Positions 30,531 to 39,481 of a stretch of DNA of 64,000 bases are shown here, piece by piece. The DNA comes from Acidobacteriota bacterium. GTDB taxonomy: Bacteria; Acidobacteriota; CAIWXX01. The position numbers were made by a program, and so were the translations under genes. The DNA lies in NCBI GenBank assembly GCA_040755995.1, contig JBFMAF010000036.1, forward strand, positions 160,001-224,000, in the 5' to 3' direction. Below the pieces are notes generated by a model, which searched no databases, was not told the DNA's origin, and worked only from the letters and a program-made list of their open reading frames with translations. Numbering within the stretch: the stretch's first letter is position 1; the number at the start of each line of letters is the position of its first letter.

Positions 30531-31758
30531 GTATCTCTTCCGGGTGAAGTCGAAGGCCTTCATCATCGGGACGCTCTTGGGACCCCTCGCACTGGCGGCG
30601 ATGGTGGGCGTCCCGATGCTGTTGACGAAGGTCGAGGTGAAGGAAGAGCGCCGGGTCGCGGTGCTGGACGACGGGGGTTCGGTCGCATCGGCCCTGCCGG
30701 AGTCTGCCTTTTTCGGCAAGAACTCGACATATCGGGTCACGCGCGTGACGAGCGATAGCACGGGACGCGCGAAGACGCTCGAACGGCTAAAGGGAGACGT
30801 AATCGCCCAGCGGTTGCATGGCGTTCTGATAGTGCCCGAGAAGGGCGAGGAGTTCTTGTATCTCGCGAAAAACGTCGGCAACTTCGTGGAGATCGCCGCG
30901 CTGGAGAACGCGGTCTCATCGATCGTCGTCGAGGCGCGGCTGAAGGCCGAGGGGCTTGACCCGGGACGCATCGAGGAGCTCACGAGGGCCGTGAATCTGC
31001 GCGCCCTGCGGGTCACGCAGGAGGGCGTCAGGGAAGAGAAGGGGCAGACCATCATGCTCACGTACGTGATGAGCCTGATCCTGTATACGAGCCTGCTCAT
31101 CTACGGCGTGTCGATCATGAGGAGCGTCATCGAGGAGAAGTCGACGCGGATAGTCGAAGTGCTGCTCTCATCTGTGAGCCCGTTTCGTTTGATGGCCGGC
31201 AAGATTCTCGGAGTCGGCTCGGTGGGGCTCACGCAGTACCTCATCTGGGCCGCATTCGGAGCGTTGATCTCTGCGTACGGAGCGCTTGTGGCGGGGGCGT
31301 TTTTGCCGCGGCAGGACCTGAGCTCATTCGTGAACATTCCGATCTCGGTGCTGCTGTATTTCCTTCTCTTCTTCGTGCTGGGCTACTTCGTGTACGCGAC
31401 CCTCTACGCCGGTATCGGCGCGATGGTGAACTCCGAGGACGAGAGCCAGCAGGTCCAGCTCATGGTGACTATGTTCCTGGTCCTGCCCATCATGCTTACG
31501 CCGCTCGTGCTGAAGAGCCCCGACTCGAGGCTCTCGGTCGCCCTGTCGCTGTTCCCGTTCTTTTCGCCGGTCTTGATGATGATGCGCGTCTGCATCATAA
31601 ACGTGCCCGCGATTCAGATCGCGCTCTGCGTCGGCTTCTCGCTTGCCGCGACACTGCTCGTCACCTGGGTTGTGGCGCGCATCTACCGCATCGGCATCCT
31701 GATGTACGGCAAGCGCCCGACCCTCATCGAGGTCGTGCGATGGATCAGGTACAGCTGA
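30499..31758 (+). CDS. ABC-2 type permease (YhaP/NatB-like)
   Basis: KREYL.RVKSK.F, SVIEEKSTRIVEVLLSS, GKILG, IYRIGILMYGKRPT. Confidence 0.92.
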   Translation: MKQIWTVLKREYLFRVKSKAFIIGTLLGPLALAAMVGVPMLLTKVEVKEERRVAVLDDGGSVASALPESAFFGKNSTYRVTRVTSDSTGRAKTLERLKGDVIAQRLHGVLIVPEKGEEFLYLAKNVGNFVEIAALENAVSSIVVEARLKAEGLDPGRIEELTRAVNLRALRVTQEGVREEKGQTIMLTYVMSLILYTSLLIYGVSIMRSVIEEKSTRIVEVLLSSVSPFRLMAGKILGVGSVGLTQYLIWAAFGALISAYGALVAGAFLPRQDLSSFVNIPISVLLYFLLFFVLGYFVYATLYAGIGAMVNSEDESQQVQLMVTMFLVLPIMLTPLVLKSPDSRLSVALSLFPFFSPVLMMMRVCIINVPAIQIALCVGFSLAATLLVTWVVARIYRIGILMYGKRPTLIEVVRWIRYS

Positions 31759-31808
31759 ACGGGCAGTTCCGTGTCCGACCCGAGGGCCTGAGTCCGAGTG
31801 CCTCTTGC

Positions 31809-31836
31809 TTGACAAGCCAGCATGCCGAGCTATCAT
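31809..31836 (+). promoter_or_regulatory. Sigma70-like promoter
   Basis: TTGACA (31809-31814), 16 nt spacer, TATCAT (31831-31836), upstream of the DUF4160-like fragment. Confidence 0.55.
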
Positions 31837-31908
31837 TCTTTGCATGACGGAATGAGAGCGAGGTGCATGGACTGTCTGGACTCGGGTATCACGACGAAGG
31901 AGTCGATC

Positions 31909-31947
31909 ATGGCTGTCATCTCAATGTTCTATGGAATCATCATTTGC
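31909..31947 (+). pseudogene. 5' remnant of a DUF4160-family gene
   Basis: AAGGAG RBS + MAVISMFYGIII, matching the usual DUF4160 N-terminus (MPxISMFYGIII); resemblance ends at the stop codon of the opposing kinase gene. Confidence 0.55.
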
Positions 31948-33576
31948 TCAGGAGCTGTCCTCGGGCGCCGTGTCCTGAGAACCCGTCGGATTCTGGTCGA
32001 GCAGATCTCGCACCGCCCGAGCGAGGACCTCGATGCGATATGGCTTTTGCAGTAAACCGCAGATTCCCGGCGCGCGAAGCTCCTTCAACTGCCTGCTTCC
32101 CGCGTCGTAGCCGGTGGTGATGAGCACCTTGACATTCGGATTCAAGCGCCTCAGCTCCCGCAGCGTCTCGATGCCGCCAAGGCGAGGCATCACCATGTCC
32201 GCCAGCACCAGAGAGATCTCGCTCGTGTACTCGCGATACAGGTCCAAAGCGTCCAGACCATTCGAGGCCTCGAGGACACGGTATCCGAGTGTCTCCAGTG
32301 CCAGCCGCGTCATCTTCCGGACGTCCTGGTTATCCTCTGCGACCAGGATCGTCTCATTTCCCCAGGCTACTTCCGATTCCGCTGCGGTCTGATCCAGCGC
32401 CTCAGGCTTCATCAGCGGCAGATATACGTGGACGGTGGTTCCGAGCCCGACCCGGCTGCTGATGTCTACGGCCCCACCGCGGCACTCTACGAGCTGCCTG
32501 GCAATCGTCAATCCAAGCCCTGTGCCCTCTCCTCTTGCCTTGGTAGTGAAGAACGGGTCGAAGATGCGGGATCGGATGTCAGGCGGGATACCTGGTCCTG
32601 AATCCCGCAGGCTGAGGCGCGCGTAGTGGCCCGGCATGAGGGCCGGAGGCGCGGCCGGTGAGCCTTCTCCGACCCAGGCCTCCGCTGTGTCGATGCTCAG
32701 TGTGCCACCTTCCGCCATCGCATCTCTGGCGTTTATGGCCAGGTTCAGGACCACCTGGAGCAGCTGCGTAGGATCCACTTCGACCTGCAAGTCCTCGTCG
32801 GCCAGGTTCAAGGAGATCTCGATCGTTTCAGGGATGACCCGTTCCAGGAACTTGCGGGTCTCTTGGAGGAACGAATGGAGTGACAATCGGATGACGCCCT
32901 GTTCCGTCTCAGGATGGCTGAATGCCAACAGTTGCTTGGCCATCTGCGCCGCCCTCTCGCTCAGAAGCCGAATGTGAAGAAGCGCCTGGTGGGCGTTGCT
33001 CTCCCCATCTACATCCTGCAGGAGCAGCTCTGTGAATCCCATGATGCCCGTCAAGAGGTTGTTGAAATCGTGCGCCACACCGTCGACCAACATGCCCACG
33101 GCCTCGAGCTTCTGACTTCGGATGAGATCTTTCTGGAGACCGCTCACCTGTCCGGGGCTGCTGATGAGGAAGATGAAGATCCACCTCCGCCGAAGCTGGA
33201 GCAGTCTGGGTCTTACCTGAAGGTAGATCGTTCCCCCGTCCTTACGCCTGTATGCCTGCCGGCACCCGTTCCACACGTCCGTCTCCAACACGCGCTCCCT
33301 CTCGGTCCCGTCCCTGGGCGGCCCCGCAAGTTTGATGTCATCGATGGGCTTCCCATAGAGCTCGGCGCGCGAGTACCCAAGCAGCGAGCAGAAGACCGGA
33401 TCAGCATCTATCAGATTCCCATGGTCATCAACCGCGTAGAATCCAATGCCGGCCGGGCTCGTCTTCAGCATGTCCTCGGCGCGTGGCGGGTTGATCGGGT
33501 TGATTGAATGTCCGCTCGCGAAAGACGCTTCCGGCATATCAATCACATAGCTACCCTTCGGAGAGTACCCCTCCAT
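31948..33576 (-). CDS. Cytoplasmic hybrid sensor histidine kinase (PAS-HisKA-HATPase-REC)
   Basis: LLGYSRAEL.G, RRKDG (PAS); SQKLEAVG...GVAHDFNNLL; NLAINARDAM, DSGPGI, FFTTK..GEGTGLGL; LVAEDN, LADMVMP, LQKP. Confidence 0.93.
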   Translation of the reverse strand: MEGYSPKGSYVIDMPEASFASGHSINPINPPRAEDMLKTSPAGIGFYAVDDHGNLIDADPVFCSLLGYSRAELYGKPIDDIKLAGPPRDGTERERVLETDVWNGCRQAYRRKDGGTIYLQVRPRLLQLRRRWIFIFLISSPGQVSGLQKDLIRSQKLEAVGMLVDGVAHDFNNLLTGIMGFTELLLQDVDGESNAHQALLHIRLLSERAAQMAKQLLAFSHPETEQGVIRLSLHSFLQETRKFLERVIPETIEISLNLADEDLQVEVDPTQLLQVVLNLAINARDAMAEGGTLSIDTAEAWVGEGSPAAPPALMPGHYARLSLRDSGPGIPPDIRSRIFDPFFTTKARGEGTGLGLTIARQLVECRGGAVDISSRVGLGTTVHVYLPLMKPEALDQTAAESEVAWGNETILVAEDNQDVRKMTRLALETLGYRVLEASNGLDALDLYREYTSEISLVLADMVMPRLGGIETLRELRRLNPNVKVLITTGYDAGSRQLKELRAPGICGLLQKPYRIEVLARAVRDLLDQNPTGSQDTAPEDSS

Positions 33577-33846
33577 ATATATAGTTTCGCGAGTAGGCCG
33601 ATTCTCGCCGGCCAGAATCGATTTTTTTTGAAATTTTTTTTGTTTTGCCGGGCGAGTTTTGGGGGTTTCGCGAAACTTATTATATAGAGGGGATTTTGCA
33701 AGGATGTACGGCGTGAGAGGTTTTGGGGGTTGCAGGGGCCGAGATCCCGGGTGGACGCCAACGACACGGGTCCTGACCCCCGGCGATTGTCCCAGGCGCC
33801 GGAGACCACAAGTAGTACAATCTCAAGTCAAGAGGAGGACGAGTAG

Positions 33847-34041
33847 ATGACAATAATCAAGTGGGGTTTGCTGGGTTTGCTGCTAAGCCTATTGCTATCA
33901 GGTCCGGCATGGACACCTGCTCCGCCGACAGAAAGCCGCACCACCAGCGGATCGGGGAGCATAGGCCCGGGACAAGGCAATCCGCTGGAGAACGACCCCT
34001 GTTGCGATGTGGGCCTGTCTTGTTGCGAGGTGAAGAAGTAG
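33847..34041 (+). CDS. Small secreted peptide with a C-terminal CC-x5-CC motif
   Basis: AGGAGG RBS; signal peptide MTIIKWGLLGLLLSLLLSGPA; Ser/Gly linker; DPCCDVGLSCCEVKK; TACAAT upstream. Confidence 0.7.
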   Translation: MTIIKWGLLGLLLSLLLSGPAWTPAPPTESRTTSGSGSIGPGQGNPLENDPCCDVGLSCCEVKK

Positions 34042-34095
34042 CCGAGGAGTCTCAGACGCTCGATACGTTCGTCGCGACCCCGTGACGGACTGCCG

Positions 34096-37056
34096 TCACT
34101 GGTGGAATCTGGAGATTCGGCTGGGATCTCCTACGAGAACGAAGGCCGCCCACGTGCACGGGGCGCCGCCCTTTCCGGCCATTTCGACTTTGGCCTGCTG
34201 CAATGCAGATGACACGTCACGGCCGTTGGATAACATGCCACCATACATGTGGTCCATGAGCTCATTCGTCGCCACATCCTCCACGTTCCACAAGGAGGCG
34301 CATACACTGCCGGCGCCGGCAGCCAGGAACGCCCGGCTCAGGCCTATCGTCCCTTCGGCTCTTGTCTTCTGACCAGTGCCGGTCGAGCATCCGCCCAAGA
34401 CCACCAGGTCGGAGTCGACTCTGAGACGTTGAACTTCCGCGGCGGTCAAGACCCCGTCATCGCCTGACCCAGGATCATTTAGGGATAGCACGATCTCGGA
34501 CAGATCCCCCTCGACCGGGTCGGCGATGGCATGTGTGGCCAGGTGCACGATTCGGCTCGGAGTGGAGATGTCCTTCTTGAGGTTGGTTTCGTTCGCGTGG
34601 AAGTCCAGGCGGACTTCCGGATTCATGCCCGATTCCCGCGCCATGCGTGCGATTCCCAGGACTTCATCCCGCGTTGCCGGCAACCTGCGCAGTCCAGTCC
34701 GAAAACTGGGATACGACGCCGTGGAAGCGGGCATGCTCGGGACGCCCCCCGCGAGAAGGCTCTTCCTCGCTCTCTGATCCTCATCGCTGAATACCGGATC
34801 GCCGAACAGCACCAGCCTGTTCCCCGCATCACAATGCTGGCGGCTTCTGTTCTTGTCGATCTCGACCAGGACGGAAACCGACGGAGCATAAGTGACGGCG
34901 TGTTCCTGAACCAGGTATCGGAGTTCTGCGAACCCGGCTGCCCGGCTGTCCTCTGTCACCACAAGCGCCTCGATGGGAAGTCCGGCCAGCAGACTGTCAG
35001 CCACCACAACCAGGTCGCAATCCCGGATCAGACCCTCTGCCGGGAGAATGAGTTCTTTGTATAGGGTGTGTGCCGCCTGAGCATATTCCCGCACGAGCCC
35101 GGGTGGGGGCACACCTGCCGCGTACTGGCGCGCCAGGGCGGCCTGCCACTCGGCCACGTACCCATCCATCTTGTTCCAGTCGGATAGCCTGAACAGCTGC
35201 ACCGTGTCACTCTTCAACACGATCAAATAGCTTTCCCTGATCCCAGTCTGGTAGACGAGAATCGCGGTGCGCGGATGCCTCGATAGGAATTCTCTTTGAA
35301 CCTGGTCGGCGGACAAAGGTCTGATCGAGGGAGCCGCAGGTTCCGACCCGGATTCGATCTCGATTCTCCTTGCCACCAGGCCGCTCCGCCATCCTTCGAT
35401 GCGATCCAACTCAACTCGACTGAGCTCAATACCCGACTGCGCGACTGCAAGCCGCCGCCCGAGCGCCGAGATCCCTCTCAAGAGCGAAGGATCGCTCCAT
35501 CGATCCAGCCTGGTGTCTGCGGGAGCGCATGGTCCGTTGCCGCGCGAAACGTCAACGAGGAGCTCGCGGCTCCGGCACCGCTCCGCGTACTCGAAGGCCT
35601 TCCGAGCGTGCCCGGGGTCGTGGCTCTTCGAATCCAGCCTGTCAAGGCACATGACGATCTCAGTGCAGATGGCCTTCGCCTGGGAGAGGTATCTTTCCCG
35701 CAACTCCGGCACAGTCGCCTGCTCCCACGCACGCTCGACGTCGTCCAATGCCCGCTCGCAGAGGTCCATTGCCGCTCGGTGGTTTCCCGCCGCCATTTCG
35801 CCGTCGGCCAATGTCTGAAGCGCTCTACGGCGCGGCGCCGGATCCGGATCGTGAGGATCGCACAAGTCGGCTGCCTCTCTGGCCGAAAGCATCATCTTCT
35901 GGGCCTCGCCCAACCCAAAGTAGGCCGGGCCTTGGAGGTTGAGCACCGAGGCAATCTCATCTTGGAGGGCCGCTCGCCGAGCAAGCCCAAGCCCGTCTTC
36001 GAGCAGGCGTAGGCTCTCTGCATAGCGCCTGCTCTTCAGATTCGCGCGTGCGAGAGCGCATATGGCCTCCAACCTCGTACGCGGGTCCAGGCCGCTGCTC
36101 AGCTCGTACGCCCTCCTTGCGCAGTCCATCGATCGCTGGGAATCCTGGCCCCCGATCGAGTCGGCGTCGGCCACCCCAAGCAGGACTCGGTGTGTCGCAG
36201 GTGCCTCGACTCCCGCAAGCCGGCCTGCGTTGCGCAAGTGCACGCGGGCGAGCTCGGATCTCCCGAGGTAAGAGAAGATGTCGTAGAGCTGCAGCTGGAC
36301 CATCGCTTCGGAGACGTCTGCGGCCGCCAGCCCTCTAGCGTGCACACGTGCCTCGCGGAACCGGCCGATCGCCTCTGCATACAGCATCCGTCTGGCCAGC
36401 GACCTCCCCCTTTCGAGGGCCACGGCGTAGCTGCCGTATCTGAAATCAGATGCCCGGGCGGCCTCGTCGGCCCGTGCATAGCATTCCTCCGCCTCCGCGA
36501 ATCGCCCTCGCTCACGCAGATACTTGCCCATCGAAACATCGAGCCAGCAGATGGCTCGATCATTCCGGTGGCGTGCGGCCCAGCGCAACCCCTCGTTGTA
36601 CTGGCTGGCCACGTGGGCCTCGCTCCAGTCCTCTTCCATCTGCCCCGCCCTCAGCGAAAGCCAGTAGGTCCCGAACTGATCAGGGTCCAGGCCACACACA
36701 ACGACCATGTACCGCCCCGTCGACGGCAGGGTCGCGCTGATTCTCGGGTTGAAGAAGCAGTCCGAGTCATCACTCCATGCCAACTCGCGGCCCCGAGGAT
36801 CCACCAGCACCATGTGCGAGTTGAACTCGTAAGAACTGCATGCCAGGGTGACCTGTTGGCCGCGGGAGCCGGCGAATGACCAGCACTGGTGCGGACCGCG
36901 TGGCGCCCTGGCCCAGGAGGGATCGGTCTGGAGGAGGCTTCCGTGGCGCGTCTCGTCGAGCTTGATCTGCCGTTCGCCCTGGATGCTGAATCCATTGTGC
37001 AGCGCACAGAGTAGAGCCATGCTGCCGAGTACCGCGACAAACCCGCGCTGCTTCAT
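34096..37056 (-). CDS. Secreted PPC-like + TPR + CHAT (caspase-like) protease
   Basis: Signal peptide; F.GSRGQQVT..CSS.EF...MVLVDP.G..LAWSDD...LPSTGRY (PPC); TPRs; AFEYAERCRSR, LPIEAL, YAPSVS, LPATRDEV, HLATHA, LVVLGGCSTG, GLSRAFLAAGA, WAAFVLVG. Confidence 0.9.
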   Translation of the reverse strand: MKQRGFVAVLGSMALLCALHNGFSIQGERQIKLDETRHGSLLQTDPSWARAPRGPHQCWSFAGSRGQQVTLACSSYEFNSHMVLVDPRGRELAWSDDSDCFFNPRISATLPSTGRYMVVVCGLDPDQFGTYWLSLRAGQMEEDWSEAHVASQYNEGLRWAARHRNDRAICWLDVSMGKYLRERGRFAEAEECYARADEAARASDFRYGSYAVALERGRSLARRMLYAEAIGRFREARVHARGLAAADVSEAMVQLQLYDIFSYLGRSELARVHLRNAGRLAGVEAPATHRVLLGVADADSIGGQDSQRSMDCARRAYELSSGLDPRTRLEAICALARANLKSRRYAESLRLLEDGLGLARRAALQDEIASVLNLQGPAYFGLGEAQKMMLSAREAADLCDPHDPDPAPRRRALQTLADGEMAAGNHRAAMDLCERALDDVERAWEQATVPELRERYLSQAKAICTEIVMCLDRLDSKSHDPGHARKAFEYAERCRSRELLVDVSRGNGPCAPADTRLDRWSDPSLLRGISALGRRLAVAQSGIELSRVELDRIEGWRSGLVARRIEIESGSEPAAPSIRPLSADQVQREFLSRHPRTAILVYQTGIRESYLIVLKSDTVQLFRLSDWNKMDGYVAEWQAALARQYAAGVPPPGLVREYAQAAHTLYKELILPAEGLIRDCDLVVVADSLLAGLPIEALVVTEDSRAAGFAELRYLVQEHAVTYAPSVSVLVEIDKNRSRQHCDAGNRLVLFGDPVFSDEDQRARKSLLAGGVPSMPASTASYPSFRTGLRRLPATRDEVLGIARMARESGMNPEVRLDFHANETNLKKDISTPSRIVHLATHAIADPVEGDLSEIVLSLNDPGSGDDGVLTAAEVQRLRVDSDLVVLGGCSTGTGQKTRAEGTIGLSRAFLAAGAGSVCASLWNVEDVATNELMDHMYGGMLSNGRDVSSALQQAKVEMAGKGGAPCTWAAFVLVGDPSRISRFHQ

Positions 37057-37229
37057 TTGAGACTTCCCGGGCCTCGGAGCGGCGACGCAGCTCTCAAGGC
37101 CTGACCTGCACTCTTCCGACGGGTCCGCGCGGCCTCCGCCGTTCCCACCAGCAAGAGCTGCTATTGCAGGACTATGAACTAGAGCTACTATCTCGACCTG
37201 TGAACTCGATCAGCCTAGCAGACCCCCTC

Positions 37230-37273
37230 TGAAAAAGCAATCGCATGCAAGTGAAAAAGCAATCGCATGCAAG
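37230..37273. repeat. Perfect 22-bp tandem duplication in the CHAT/sigma divergent region
   Basis: TGAAAAAGCAATCGCATGCAAG x2 (37230-37251, 37252-37273). Confidence 0.9.
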
Positions 37274-37661
37274 TGGGTGGTGGTGGCAAGCGCGCAAGCG
37301 GGTGGTGGGCGGGGGCGCGTTGGCGACGGAGCGACGGGAGAGACGAGCAGAGGGGTCCGGCCGACTGTCCAGGCGGATACCCCGCAACGTCACGAGAGGC
37401 CGCCCGTGGAAGCCGCGGCCGCGGCGGTTGTGGTAGTATTCGAGCCATGATCTGGCCCTGGCGCACGCACCGCATTCCTGTGGAGCGAGGGCTCGGGCCG
37501 CCAGAAGGGCCGCCGGAGCCACATCTCGTCACGCAGGACGCGGCCGGCACCGGCCCCGACGGTGGAATGCCACACGGCATGTGCCTCTCCCGGCTGCTAA
37601 CTACTAGAAACCAAAGACAACACATGCGTTTCCGGACCCGTTCCGGCGCAAGGTAGACCTC

Positions 37662-38216
37662 ATGAGCGCCGAGCTTTTCGCCATGATGAAGCGCGCCCAA
37701 GAGGGTGACCCCGAAGAAAAAAACAAACTTTTTTCGTTTTTGCGGGCGAGAATTGGCACTCTCGCGAAACTATATATATGGGGGGATGATATTGAGGAGG
37801 TCGTTCAGGAGACGATGATGGTGGTCACCAGCCAGTTCCCCTCTTTGAGGACCCCCGAGGCTCTGATCGCGTTCGCCAACAAGGTACTTCGAAACAAGAT
37901 GGGGAATTTGTACAAGCGGCGAGATAGCCGAAAGGCGTTGCTGGTGAGCCTGGAGGAGCTCGAGGAGCACCCCTTCTACACCGTCGAAGAATGGGGTCCT
38001 GGAAAGCTTCATGAGATAGTGTTCGAGGCGATCGAGCTGCTTGGGAATTCGAGGCCGGTCTGCCGCGATCTGCTGATGGGGCTGCTGGCGGGGGAGACCA
38101 GCGAGGAACTGTGCCAGAGTCTGAGCATCCCTCCCCACAGGCTCGATGATCGCGTATACAAGTGTCGTAGTGCTTTGCGGCGGATACTCCGTGAGAGGTG
38201 GGGTCTCCGTGTGTGA
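37662..38216 (+). CDS. ECF-family RNA polymerase sigma factor
   Basis: RAQEGD, DIEEVVQET, VLRNK; region 4 CRDLL...GETSEELCQSL......RVYKCRSALR. Confidence 0.82.
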   Translation: MSAELFAMMKRAQEGDPEEKNKLFSFLRARIGTLAKLYIWGDDIEEVVQETMMVVTSQFPSLRTPEALIAFANKVLRNKMGNLYKRRDSRKALLVSLEELEEHPFYTVEEWGPGKLHEIVFEAIELLGNSRPVCRDLLMGLLAGETSEELCQSLSIPPHRLDDRVYKCRSALRRILRERWGLRV

Positions 38217-38408
38217 CGAACGGTCTACAGACGCCGCGCGAACTGAGGAGGTGGCCCAGATGAAGCCAGTGACACCACAACGCGGTCCTGTGCCTGCGGC
38301 GACTGTGCCTCCTGGCACGATGTGCCGCCGTCCGAACAACTGCCGTTCCAGTCGTCCCGTTGCGTCGCCGCCGTCAGAGCGGCAAGGACGATTCTGCGAG
38401 CCACTCCG

Positions 38409-39218
38409 ATGACCGAACTGAAATGCACGAATCCCGAAGCCGGGAAGCTGATCGGGCGGTATGAGCTGGGTGCGCTTGACGATGCTCTGCGCGAGGAGTT
38501 CGTGAAGCATCTGTTGGAGTGTGAGTTCTGCCACAATGAGCTGTTGGTCATGGCCCCGTTCACGGACGTGCTCCGCGAGTATCGCGAGGCGGTCATGCGC
38601 GGCGAGGTGCCTGCGCCTTCACGCCGGGCACCGGCTCAACCAAGGATCGCGGCATGGCGCAGAGCGAATGGAGTTCGGCTGGCCGCTGCTGCGTCACTGG
38701 TCGTAGCCATCAGCGTCGGAGCCCTGATCTGCATGTATCAGCTCATGAAGGAGCCTGGCGAAGATCAAGGCGCTGCGCTGCAGCTGCCGGGCGGTGTGAC
38801 GATCCCCAAGGCGCCGTTTGTCGCGGGCCCCGAGGTGCCGGTCACTCGCAGCCAGGAATTCGGCGACACGTTCCAAAGAGCAATGGCTGCTTACGAACGG
38901 GACGACTTCGCGACCGCAGCCGAGCGGCTCGAGGTTCTGTGCAGGCTTGTTCCAGACCACGCAGATGCACAATTCTACTGGGGGGTATCGCTGCTTTTCG
39001 CCGGAAGACCCGATGATGCCATCGTACCCCTCAGGAAGGCGATAAGGCTCAACACCGGGCACCAACAGGAGGCCTGCCGGTTCTACCTGGCTGCAGCATA
39101 CGTCAAGAGCGGCCGGATGGATGAGGCGCTTGCCGAGTTGGGAAACGTCATTGCCCTGGGCGGGCAACACGGGGAGGATGCCGAGAAGCTCAAGAGTATT
39201 GTGACCCGCATGAAGTAG
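38409..39218 (+). CDS. Membrane-anchored zf-HC2 (ZAS) anti-sigma factor with extracytoplasmic TPR domain
   Basis: YELGAL....EEFVKHLLECEFC (HxxxCxxC); TM LAAAASLVVAISVGALICMY; TPRs (AQFYWGVSL, CRFYLAAAY). Confidence 0.85.
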   Translation: MTELKCTNPEAGKLIGRYELGALDDALREEFVKHLLECEFCHNELLVMAPFTDVLREYREAVMRGEVPAPSRRAPAQPRIAAWRRANGVRLAAAASLVVAISVGALICMYQLMKEPGEDQGAALQLPGGVTIPKAPFVAGPEVPVTRSQEFGDTFQRAMAAYERDDFATAAERLEVLCRLVPDHADAQFYWGVSLLFAGRPDDAIVPLRKAIRLNTGHQQEACRFYLAAAYVKSGRMDEALAELGNVIALGGQHGEDAEKLKSIVTRMK

Positions 39219-39295
39219 AACGCAACCTGAGTGCTCGTTTCGGCGCGGCTTGTACGCGTCGGAACGGCAATGGAATAACCGGGGACTGAGAGGAT

Positions 39296-39481
39296 ATGTT
39301 TGTCAAATCAGAAGAGCTGTTGCTCGCCGCAACAAGACACTGCAACACCAAGTCTGTAGGAACAACTGAATCGGAAGCAGCGAGTCAGATCGGTGTTGTC
39401 GAGGAACATGTCTTGGCGGCCGATCCGGCTCTTAGCTGTGCGTCATTCCTGCAGCGACACTGCGCAAGGGGTCTAGTCTGA
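39296..39481 (+). CDS. Possible small leader ORF coupled to the megasynthase
   Basis: GAGAGGA RBS before ATG 39296; its TGA overlaps the megasynthase ATG (TGATG). Confidence 0.3.
   Translation: MFVKSEELLLAATRHCNTKSVGTTESEAASQIGVVEEHVLAADPALSCASFLQRHCARGLV

Noticed and set aside
20700..31758. S9 peptidase, spermidine-synthase fusion and ABC transporters as part of the NRPS-PKS cluster
   Set aside because: Common stand-alone genes, separated from the cluster by the apparent junction near 31945; no direct link visible
37230..37273. CRISPR array next to the CHAT protease
   Set aside because: Only two abutting copies, no spacers and no cas genes
39219..39295. ECF-type promoter (GGAAC) upstream of the BGC
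   Set aside because: No convincingly spaced -10 element; cannot be called without knowing the sigma's specificity
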